Below are positions 17,922 to 24,515 of a stretch of DNA of 33,075 nucleotides, piece after piece; position 1 is the first letter of the stretch; every line of letters starts with the position of its first letter. The notes beneath the pieces were generated by a model that was given only the letters and a program-made list of their open reading frames with translations, was not told the origin of the DNA and made no database searches. The position numbers and the translations under genes are program-made. Source of the stretch: Chloroflexota bacterium (lineage in GTDB: Bacteria > Chloroflexota > Anaerolineae > VGOG01); NCBI GenBank assembly GCA_030611885.1, contig JAUWOY010000036.1:1-33075 (forward strand), given 5' to 3'.

Positions 17922-18923
17922 TTGAACTTGGACCTGGCTATTGTGATCGTCAGTTGGAACGTGCGGGGGTTGCTGGAGGCCTGCCTGACCTCGGTGTACG
18001 AAAGCCTGAAGAGCTCGAATCTGAGGGGCGAGGTCTGGGTGGTGGATAATGCCTCGACGGACGGCAGCGCGGAGTTGGTGCGGGAGCGCTTCCCCCAGGC
18101 CAGGCTCATGGCCAACGAGACGAACGTCGGCTTCGCTGCTGCCAACAACCAGGCCCTGCGAGGGATGGGCTTTACCTCGGCTGGGCCTCACGAACTGCCG
18201 CGCTACGTTCTTCTGCTGAACCCCGACACGGAGGTGCTCGGTGATGCCCTGGCCACGATGGTGCGTTTCCTGGACGGGAATCCCCAGGCCGGCGTCGCCG
18301 GGGCCAAGCTGCTCTACCCCGATGGCCGCCTGCAGCACTCGGCCTTCGCCTTCCCCACCCTGGCCCAGGCCTTCCTCGACTTTTTCCCCCTCCACCACCG
18401 CCTGCTAGACTCCCGCCTCAACGGTCGCTATCCCTGCCGACTCTACGAACGGGGAGCGCCCTTCCCTATTGACCATCCCCTCGGGGCGGCCCTGATGGCG
18501 CGGCGGGAGGCCATCCAAGAGGTGGGCCTGCTGGACGAGCGGTTCTTCATCTACTGCGAGGAGATTGATTGGTGCCTGAGGATGAAGAAGGCTGGCTGGG
18601 GTATCTACTGCGTGCCCAGAGCCGAGGTCGTGCACCACGAGGCCAAGAGCACCAGGCAGGTGCGGGGCGAGATGTTCGTGGCTTTATGGAAGAGCCGCTA
18701 TCTGCTTTTCGAGAAGCACTATGGCCGTTTCTATCAGTGGGCCGTGCGCCGCATTGTGCGGTTGGGGCTGCGAGCGGAGATGCGTCGGACGCTGGCAGCA
18801 TACGAGCGAGGCGAGATCAGCGAAGCAGAGCTGGAGAGCTGCCTGGCAGCCTATCGGACGGTGGCGGAAATTATGACAACGAATTCAAAGGATTTATCGA
18901 ATTTAGGCCTGCCGATTCGGTGA
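17922..18923 (+). CDS. GT2-family glycosyltransferase (rhamnosyltransferase-like)
   Basis: LAIVIVSWNVRGLLEACLTSV ... VVDNASTDGS ... ANETNVGFAAANNQAL is the GT2 A-type N-terminal fold. The listed ORF start at 17715 is inside the upstream gene and terminator. The TTG at 17922, 5 nt after GGGGAGG, is the likely start. Confidence 0.7.
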   Translation: MNLDLAIVIVSWNVRGLLEACLTSVYESLKSSNLRGEVWVVDNASTDGSAELVRERFPQARLMANETNVGFAAANNQALRGMGFTSAGPHELPRYVLLLNPDTEVLGDALATMVRFLDGNPQAGVAGAKLLYPDGRLQHSAFAFPTLAQAFLDFFPLHHRLLDSRLNGRYPCRLYERGAPFPIDHPLGAALMARREAIQEVGLLDERFFIYCEEIDWCLRMKKAGWGIYCVPRAEVVHHEAKSTRQVRGEMFVALWKSRYLLFEKHYGRFYQWAVRRIVRLGLRAEMRRTLAAYERGEISEAELESCLAAYRTVAEIMTTNSKDLSNLGLPIR

Positions 18924-19124
18924 ATCCCCCCGATTCGTTGTCATTTGGAACTGCAACCAATTCAGCAACACTCAACGGGGAGACTATCTCCGTTTTTGCT
19001 CAGCCTGGATCCCTTCGGCAAGATCAGGACAAGCGCCAGATCCAGGCCAAAAGCGGGGATTTGGCAATCCCCTCAGAGCAATTTTGGATTCACCGATTCT
19101 GCCCAGGAGAGGAGGAGGAAGCCA

Positions 19125-19349
19125 ATGAAACTGACAACCGTCGAATCCAGCATGATTCACGCCGTCGGTTACGACGCCGAGACCCAGACCCTGGAGGTTA
19201 TCTTCAACAGTGGCCGTATCTATCGCTACGAGGATGTGCCTCCAGAAGAATACGAAGGCCTGATGAACGCCGAGTCGAAAGGGCGATGCATGCGGGCGAA
19301 CATCATTGATGTTTATCCCTACTACCAGGCCTCGCGCCGACGACGGTGA
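19125..19349 (+). CDS. KTSC-domain protein (74 aa)
   Basis: MKLTTVESSMIHAVGYDAETQTLEVIFNSGRIYRYEDVPPEEYEGLMNAESKGRCMRANI matches the KTSC (lysyl-tRNA synthetase C-terminal-like) domain pattern. The ATG at 19125 follows the RBS GGAGAGGAGGAGGA. The upstream part of the listed ORF 18945 is likely non-coding. Confidence 0.6.
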   Translation: MKLTTVESSMIHAVGYDAETQTLEVIFNSGRIYRYEDVPPEEYEGLMNAESKGRCMRANIIDVYPYYQASRRRR

Positions 19350-20110
19350 TGAAGAAGAAGCCGAAGCTAACCGCCATCATCCTCACCAAGAACGAGGAGA
19401 AGAATATCGCCGACTGCATCGCCAGCGTGCAATGGGCCGATGAGGTGGTGGTCTTCGACTCCTTCAGCCAGGATAGGACAGCGGAGATTGCGCGAGAGGC
19501 GGGAGCGACGGTTTTCCAGCACCCGTTCCGGAACTTCGCCCGACAGCGCAACGCCGCCCTGGATGCCGTTGATAGCGACTGGGTCTTCTTCGTTGACGCC
19601 GACGAGCGAGCCACGCCGGAGCTGGCCACCGAGACACGTCGCGTCATCCAGGACGAATCGCAATCCGGCTGGTGGGTTCCACGCCACAATTATATCTTCG
19701 GCCGAGTGATCCGCCACGCCGGCTGGTACCCCGACTATCAACTGCGCCTCCTGCGGCACGGCAAGGCCCGCTACGATCCCCAGCGGGAAGTCCACGAGAT
19801 TGTCATCCTGGACGGCGAGGAGGGGTATCTGGAGAATCCCCTGATCCACTACAACTACGACACCCTGGCTCAATTTGTCGAGAGGCAGAACCGCTACACT
19901 GATTACGAGGCCAGTATCCTCTTCGACCAGGACGTCCGCCCCAGGCCCCACAACTTCATCTTGCAGCCCCTCAGGGAGTTCAGGCGGCGCTACGTCTCGC
20001 TGGAGGGCTACAAGGACGGCTTTCACGGGCTGCTCTTGAGCCTCTTGATGGCCTACTACACTTTGGTGATGTACCTGCGCTTGAGGCGGTTGTGGCAAGA
20101 CAAATCTTGA
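19346..20110 (+). CDS. GT2-family glycosyltransferase (KdtX/WaaE-like), 254 aa
   Basis: KLTAIILTKNEEKNIADCIASVQWADEVVVFDSFSQDRTAEIARE ... VDADE matches the small LPS-core GT2 family. Overlaps the upstream gene by 4 nt. Confidence 0.75.
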   Translation: MMKKKPKLTAIILTKNEEKNIADCIASVQWADEVVVFDSFSQDRTAEIAREAGATVFQHPFRNFARQRNAALDAVDSDWVFFVDADERATPELATETRRVIQDESQSGWWVPRHNYIFGRVIRHAGWYPDYQLRLLRHGKARYDPQREVHEIVILDGEEGYLENPLIHYNYDTLAQFVERQNRYTDYEASILFDQDVRPRPHNFILQPLREFRRRYVSLEGYKDGFHGLLLSLLMAYYTLVMYLRLRRLWQDKS

Positions 20111-20135
20111 CCTAATTGGAAGGTTGTGTTATAAT
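20107..20135 (+). promoter_or_regulatory. Near-consensus sigma70 promoter (-35 TTGACC, 17-nt spacer, -10 TATAAT)
   Basis: ttgacc at 20107-20112 and tataat at 20130-20135. GTG start of the HNH gene at 20160. Confidence 0.6.
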
Positions 20136-20159
20136 CGGCCATAGATTTGAGAACCAGAG

Positions 20160-20684
20160 GTGTTACGATTGAAAGCCCTGTTAGATGCTCCCGTTCTTGT
20201 CCTCAACTTAAACTACGAGCCGCTGAACGTCTGCAACGTCAAGAGGGCTATGGTCTTGATCGTGGTGGGCAAGGCCGACGTTTTGGAGAACAGCCGGGGG
20301 GTCATCCGTACCCCTTCCACCACCTTCCTGTGCCCCTCGGTGATAAAGCTAATCTACATGATCAAGCGGCCTCGCCCCCGGGTGAAGCTCACCAAGAAAG
20401 AGATCTTCCGGCGAGATAACTACACCTGCCAATATTGTGGCCGACAATCAAAGAACTTGACCGTGGATCACATCGTTCCACGCCACAATGGGGGACAGCA
20501 CCATTGGGAAAACCTGGTGAGCGCGTGCCCGGCCTGCAATCATCGAAAGGGCAGCCGTACTCTCCGAGAGGCCCACATGCGGTTGCTGCAGCGTCCCTAC
20601 GAGCCCCGCGCCACCAGCAGTTACCTCTTTGGCCGATACTTGAAAGAAAACGAGGAGTGGCAAGGGTTTATAGAGGGTTGGTGA
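20160..20684 (+). CDS. HNH endonuclease-family protein, 174 aa
   Basis: YTCQYCGRQSKNLTVDHIVPRHNGGQHHWENLVSACPACNHRKG is a classic HNH motif with zinc-ligand cysteines. Confidence 0.75.
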   Translation: MLRLKALLDAPVLVLNLNYEPLNVCNVKRAMVLIVVGKADVLENSRGVIRTPSTTFLCPSVIKLIYMIKRPRPRVKLTKKEIFRRDNYTCQYCGRQSKNLTVDHIVPRHNGGQHHWENLVSACPACNHRKGSRTLREAHMRLLQRPYEPRATSSYLFGRYLKENEEWQGFIEGW

Positions 20685-20702
20685 CAATAGAAAATGAGAA
20701 AA

Positions 20703-20735
20703 GGGGAGTCCGCCAGCGGACTCCCCTTTAACTTT
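20703..20735. terminator. Rho-independent terminator (10-bp stem ggggagtccg / cggactcccc, then tttaactttt)
   Basis: An A-tract upstream and a T-tract downstream make it usable bidirectionally. It follows the HNH gene. Confidence 0.75.
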
Positions 20736-20764
20736 TCTGAAGTGGACATTCACCTTTTGCTCGC

Positions 20765-20824
20765 GACGGACACTAGTCCGTCGTCCAAAGAGGCGGAAAA
20801 AGCTGCTGGACTAGCGTCCAGCAG
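20765..20824. terminator. Two further hairpins (cgacggac-acta-gtccgtcg at 20765-20784; ctgctggac-tagc-gtccagcag at 20803-20824), the latter the terminator of the minus-strand PTP gene
   Basis: The 9-bp perfect stem at 20803-20824 is followed, on the minus strand, by ctttttccgcc. Both hairpins share a GGAC-N-TAG-N-GTCC core. Confidence 0.6.
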
Positions 20825-20843
20825 GAGCAGGTCTTTAGCCGAC

Positions 20844-21305
20844 TCAGCCCACCAACTGCATGATGCGCGGATAGCCCTCCTCGATTAGCCTTTCGATCTC
20901 GGCGGCGCATTGGCGATATTCATACAAAGGGCTCCCGTAGGGATCACGTATGTCGTAATGCCGCCCGATCATCTCGCTCAGCAAATGGACTTTGTGAGCG
21001 TGTGGGGGGAACTCCAGGCTGATGGCCTCGGCCTGCCCGCGCTCCATGGTCAGGATGAGATCAGCTCCCTCCAAGTCCTGCGGGGTGAGGTCGTGGCTGC
21101 GGTGGTCGCTGATGTCAATGCCTCGCTCCTCCATCATTTCGCGACTGTAGGCCGAGGGCGGTTGGCTCTCCAGCCCCCACACGCCCGCCGAGTGTACTCT
21201 GTACTCTCCCTCCAATCCCGCTCTACGCAGCTTCTCCTGCAGGAACCCCATCGCCATAGGCGAACGGCAGATGTTGCCCGTGCAGACGAACAGTATGGTC
21301 TTCAT
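20844..21305 (-). CDS. Low-molecular-weight protein tyrosine phosphatase family protein, 153 aa
   Basis: N-terminal P-loop ILFVCTGNICRSPMAMG (CX5R) and a DP motif. An ArsC-like arsenate reductase of the same fold cannot be excluded. Confidence 0.75.
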   Translation of the reverse strand: MKTILFVCTGNICRSPMAMGFLQEKLRRAGLEGEYRVHSAGVWGLESQPPSAYSREMMEERGIDISDHRSHDLTPQDLEGADLILTMERGQAEAISLEFPPHAHKVHLLSEMIGRHYDIRDPYGSPLYEYRQCAAEIERLIEEGYPRIMQLVG

Positions 21306-21323
21306 CTACTTTTTGTTCGGCGT

Positions 21324-21860
21324 CTACGCCAGCTCCGGCTCAAGCAGCCCGTAGTTGCCGTCCTTGCGCCGATAAATGACGTTCATCCCGTTGGCGTCAA
21401 CGTTGAAGAAAATGAAGAAGTCGTGGCCCAAGAGCTCCATCTGCTCAATGGCCTCTTCTTCATCCATGGGAGCCACCTGGAAACGCTTAGTCCTGACGAT
21501 GCGGGGTGGCTCTTCCTCCTCGAACTCCTCCACCGGCGGCATCTCACCTGGGCCGCGACCTCGGCCATAACGTTTGCCCTTGTAGCGAACGATCTGGCGG
21601 TACATCTTATCCACGATGGCGTCAATGGAGGCGAACATGTCAGCGGTTCTCTCCTCGGCTCGCAAAAACGTGCCCTTGCTCCGCACTGTCAACTGCGCCA
21701 CCTGGCGATCCTTCGCGCTCTTGGCGCCCTCGACAGAGAGCTCTATCCGCGCCTCGGTTATGGTGGGCAAATAGCGGTCCAGCTTGCCCACTTTCTTCTC
21801 AATGTACTCCTGTAAGCGATCGGTAACTTCCATGTTCTTGCCCTGGATGATCAACTGCAT
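21324..21860 (-). CDS. hpf: Ribosome hibernation-promoting factor, long form, 178 aa
   Basis: MQLIIQGKNMEVTDRLQEYIEKKVGKLDRYLP...ARIELSVE is the S30AE/RaiA N-domain, with the long-HPF C-terminal dimerisation domain (FFIFFNVDANGMNVIYRRKDGNYGLLEP). Confidence 0.9.
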   Translation of the reverse strand: MQLIIQGKNMEVTDRLQEYIEKKVGKLDRYLPTITEARIELSVEGAKSAKDRQVAQLTVRSKGTFLRAEERTADMFASIDAIVDKMYRQIVRYKGKRYGRGRGPGEMPPVEEFEEEEPPRIVRTKRFQVAPMDEEEAIEQMELLGHDFFIFFNVDANGMNVIYRRKDGNYGLLEPELA

Positions 21861-21901
21861 TTGACATCTCCTTTCATTAGTCAGTTATTGTTAGAACTCA
21901 A

Positions 21902-21945
21902 TGGAGTGCGGACGCAAGTCCGCCAGCAGGCTTGCGCCTGCACTC
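21902..21945. other. Compact three-way structured element (7-bp outer stem ggagtgc/gcactcc enclosing two hairpins ggac-gcaa-gtcc and gcaggc-ttgc-gcctgc) between the comF stop and hpf start
   Basis: Pairings read directly from the sequence. The position fits a comF terminator and/or an hpf 5-prime UTR element. Confidence 0.45.
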
Positions 21946-21959
21946 CGGAACCTAAATCC

Positions 21960-22664
21960 TCATCTGGCCCTGGCTAATGTGAAGGCCCAGACGGAACGAG
22001 CACCAACCTGCCGCAAGGCGATGCTACAAGCCTCCAACGTGGCTCCGGTGGTGCAAACATCGTCAATCAGCAGGATCCGCTTTTCCTTCAACTCGGCGTT
22101 TGAGCAGCGGAAAGCGTCACGAACGTTCTCCTTGCGCTCCTGAGCACCCAATTCTACCTGGGGACGAGTGGCCCGCACGCGCGCCAAACTGTTCTCTGCG
22201 ACAGGCAGCCCGATGCTTTTCCCCAACTCTCTGGCCAGGAGGGTTGCCTGGTTGTAGCCACGCTCGCGCAGTCGGTCTGGGTGCAAAGGCACGGGGACGA
22301 TGATTTCAGCAGGAAGGGGGCTGTTCTCCCAATAGTCGCCCATCAACTGGCCCAAGGGGATGGCCAGATCCTGCAGATTGTAGTACTTAAAGTGGTGAAT
22401 GGCTTCGCGCAAAGTTCCATCAAAGTAGGCCACAGCACGAATGCCGTCTATTCGCAGAGGGTCGCGTTGACAAAGGGGACAGAGGCGACCATTGGACCTG
22501 GGGCGACCACAGCGGGGGCAGAGGGGCGGTTCAATCAACTCGAACTCATCAAGGCACTTGGCACAGAGTACACTCCCTCTCTCGCGACAGCTTACGCAGC
22601 GGGGAGGGAACAGCAAATCCAGGAGACCTCTTTTGATTTCCTGCACCAAATCTATAGCGGTCAA
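21960..22664 (-). CDS. comF: ComF-family protein (phosphoribosyltransferase-domain competence protein ComFC/GntX-like), 234 aa
   Basis: N-terminal double Cys pair zinc finger (CVSCRERGSVLCAKC ... CPRCGRP...CPLCQ) and a C-terminal PRTase motif ILLIDDVCTTGATL. Confidence 0.8.
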   Translation of the reverse strand: MTAIDLVQEIKRGLLDLLFPPRCVSCRERGSVLCAKCLDEFELIEPPLCPRCGRPRSNGRLCPLCQRDPLRIDGIRAVAYFDGTLREAIHHFKYYNLQDLAIPLGQLMGDYWENSPLPAEIIVPVPLHPDRLRERGYNQATLLARELGKSIGLPVAENSLARVRATRPQVELGAQERKENVRDAFRCSNAELKEKRILLIDDVCTTGATLEACSIALRQVGARSVWAFTLARAR

Positions 22665-22784
22665 GTTACCCCTGGCCTGCTAAGCTTTCGAGCCTATAAA
22701 CTCAGTATATCCAAGATTTCCAGCAAAGGCGGCTCCCATGCCTGTCCTGAGCACTTCGACTGCGCTCAGTGTAAACTCCGCCGA

Positions 22785-22830
22785 AGGGCCGCCGGTTCGC
22801 GGGCGTGGGAGCCCGCTCTGCTCAGAATTT
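22785..22830. repeat. Copy 1 of a dispersed ~38-bp GC-rich repeat (gccgccggttcgcgggcgtgggagcccgctctgctcag); the inverted copy lies within the hairpin at 30857-30912
   Basis: The 38-nt core matches the reverse complement of 30859-30896 exactly. Both copies lie in intergenic regions. Confidence 0.8.
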
Positions 22831-22893
22831 GGATCTACTGAAACTGGGAAAAAGCAGGGAGTGCCACGTCGTCGAGTGCACGGAGACGACGAG

Positions 22894-23046
22894 TCAACTG
22901 ATGAAGTTAAGAAATTGGTTTAATAAGTCGTAGATCTTATCCCACAGCAACAGCAAGATGGCGATTACGACTATAGCTACCAAAACTATGATCAGGGCAT
23001 ACTCAATGAGCCCTTGTCCTTCTTCACGCGACAGAAATGGTATCAC
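22894..23046 (-). CDS. flp: Flp/Fap-family type IVb pilin prepeptide (50 aa); absent from the ORF track because under 60 aa
   Basis: The minus strand reads GGAGG, 6 nt, then GTG. The translation is VIPFLSREEGQGLIEYALIIVLVAIVVIAILLLLWDKIYDLLNQFLNFIS. The G-x4-EY motif followed by a hydrophobic helix is the Flp pilin signature. Confidence 0.5.
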   Translation of the reverse strand: MIPFLSREEGQGLIEYALIIVLVAIVVIAILLLLWDKIYDLLNQFLNFIS

Positions 23047-23119
23047 CTCTCGACCTCCTATTCAGGTGGTAAAGGATACGCTGCTTATTATACACCATAG
23101 TCGGATTCAGCGCAAAAAG

Positions 23120-23148
23120 CAAGGAATTTGACTTTTGGGGACAATGTG
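23120..23148 (+). promoter_or_regulatory. Candidate promoter for rtcA (-35 TTGACT, 16-nt spacer, -10 TATGGT) in the divergent flp/rtcA intergenic region
   Basis: Motifs read in the sequence. RBS GGGGGAGG 4 nt before the ATG at 23184. Confidence 0.4.
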
Positions 23149-23183
23149 GTATGGTATTTGTATCTGCCACCGGGGGAGGAACG

Positions 23184-24248
23184 ATGATAGTCATCAATGG
23201 CTCTTATGGCGAGGGAGGCGGCCAGGTCTTGCGCACTTCCCTGACCCTTTCCGCCCTCCTGGGTCAACCCATGCGCATCGAGAACATCCGTGCCCAGCGC
23301 CGCAGACCCGGCCTGCAGGCCCAACACCTCACCGGGGTCTGGGCCATAGCTCAAATCTGCGACGCCGAGCTAGAGGGCGCAGATTTCGGTTCCCTGAACC
23401 TGACTTTCAAACCTCGATCGTCGCCTCGAGCGGGGGAATACTCTTTCGACGTAGCCCAGGCCCGCAAAGGCGGCAGCGCGGGCGCAACCAGCCTCGTCTC
23501 CCAAACCCTGCTGCTGCCCCTGGCCTTCGCCCCCGGCCAATCCCGCCTGACCATACGCGGCGGCACCCACGTGGCTTGGAGCCCCCCCTTTCACTACCTC
23601 AAGCACGTCTACCTGCCCACCCTGGCCCGCATGGGACTGGACGCGAGCGCGGAGATCGAGCGGTGGGGCTGGTACCCGATAGGTGGGGGGGAGATGACGG
23701 CTGCGATCAGGGGCCGACGGGATAGCCAGCTCTCTAGCCTGGATTTGGTTGAACGGGGCGAATTGAAGCGCCTGTGGGGCATCTCTGCCACTTCCAACCT
23801 CCCTCCTCACATCAGCCAGAGGCAAAAGAAGCGCGCGGAGGGATACCTGCAAAAGCGTGGTTTCGCCCCCCAGATCGAGATCGTAGATGCTCCCTCGCCC
23901 GGCAAAGGCACTGCCGTCTTCCTCGCGGCCGAGTACGAGCACGCAGTGGCCGGCTTCTCCTCTTTGGGAAAGCGGGGCAAGCCCGCCGAGAAAGTGGCCG
24001 AGGAGGCTTGCCGCGAATTCATCGCCTATCACCAGAGCAACGCCTGCCTGGACAAGCACCTGGCTGACCAGTTGATTCTCCCCCTGGCCCTGGCCCCTGG
24101 TCCATCAGCTTTCACCACCTGCAAAATCACCCCACACCTGTTGACCAACGTTTGGGTGGTAGAGCAATTTTTGGATGTGAGGTTTGAGATAGAGGGCGAG
24201 GAGGGAGAAAGGGGCAAAGTGCAAGTTTCTGCGGTAAGTGATTTGTAA
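23184..24248 (+). CDS. rtcA: RNA 3-prime-terminal phosphate cyclase, 354 aa
   Basis: MIVINGSYGEGGGQVLRTSLTLSALLGQPMRIENIRAQRRRPGLQAQHL is the RtcA N-terminal signature. The listed ORF start at 23151 is upstream of the RBS; the ATG at 23184 is preferred. Confidence 0.85.
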   Translation: MIVINGSYGEGGGQVLRTSLTLSALLGQPMRIENIRAQRRRPGLQAQHLTGVWAIAQICDAELEGADFGSLNLTFKPRSSPRAGEYSFDVAQARKGGSAGATSLVSQTLLLPLAFAPGQSRLTIRGGTHVAWSPPFHYLKHVYLPTLARMGLDASAEIERWGWYPIGGGEMTAAIRGRRDSQLSSLDLVERGELKRLWGISATSNLPPHISQRQKKRAEGYLQKRGFAPQIEIVDAPSPGKGTAVFLAAEYEHAVAGFSSLGKRGKPAEKVAEEACREFIAYHQSNACLDKHLADQLILPLALAPGPSAFTTCKITPHLLTNVWVVEQFLDVRFEIEGEEGERGKVQVSAVSDL

Positions 24249-24396
24249 GCGTCCAGCCTCAGTGCGATCACGCCGGTTGAGTAGACCGCAGGTCGTATCG
24301 AAACCAAGTGATCGCACGGGGAGGCAGCCAAACGTGGTTTCGATACGCCCCTTTCGGGGCTACTCAACCGACGTTTGGCCTACCCCCTGGACGCAC
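24249..24396. repeat. Left 148-bp inverted repeat (IR-L), a highly structured palindrome-rich element
   Basis: The reverse complement matches 29715-29861 at about 93% identity (about 10 mismatches). Internal perfect stems: cgtatcgaaacca / tggtttcgatacg (13 bp), ccaaacgt / acgtttgg, ggttgagtag / ctactcaacc, cccc-tttc-gggg. The listed ORFs 24029..24367(-) and 29743..29997(+) translate this same repeat (MSSPERGVSKPRLAA...) and are artefacts. Confidence 0.9.
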
Positions 24397-24404
24397 ACGG
24401 TGAT

Positions 24405-24433
24405 TTGACCAATGGTTGACTTTGATGTACAAT
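24405..24433 (+). promoter_or_regulatory. Near-consensus sigma70 promoter (-35 TTGACC, 17-nt spacer, -10 TACAAT) driving the RAMP cassette
   Basis: ttgacc at 24405-24410 and tacaat at 24428-24433. RBS AAGGAG 6 nt before ATG 24516. Confidence 0.55.
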
Positions 24434-24515
24434 AGCAACCAAGACACCGGTCAGCGAGGCCGTGTCGCATTTTACCCTCACTCAATTCAAAATAGAGTTG
24501 CGAAAGGAGACTGCC

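Noticed and set aside
17763-18398. 211-aa minus ORF and ORFs 18547..18801, 18569..19309
   Set aside because: Antisense or alternative frames of the GT2 gene 17922..18923. The 18569..19309 frame runs across an intergenic region without any RBS.
19367-20098. 243-aa minus ORF
   Set aside because: Antisense to the KdtX-like GT2 gene.
20910-21815. 301-aa + ORF
   Set aside because: Antisense to the LMW-PTP and hpf genes.
22281-22841. 186-aa + ORF
   Set aside because: Antisense to comF and running through an intergenic region.
23370-24059. 229-aa minus ORF and 23135..23725 + ORF
   Set aside because: Shadow frames of rtcA.
24029-24367. 112-aa minus ORF MSSPERGVSKPRLAASPCDHL..., together with 84-aa + ORF 29743..29997 carrying the same peptide
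   Set aside because: Both are translations of the two copies of the 148-bp inverted repeat read in the same relative orientation. Their near-identical peptide reveals the repeat but is not a gene.
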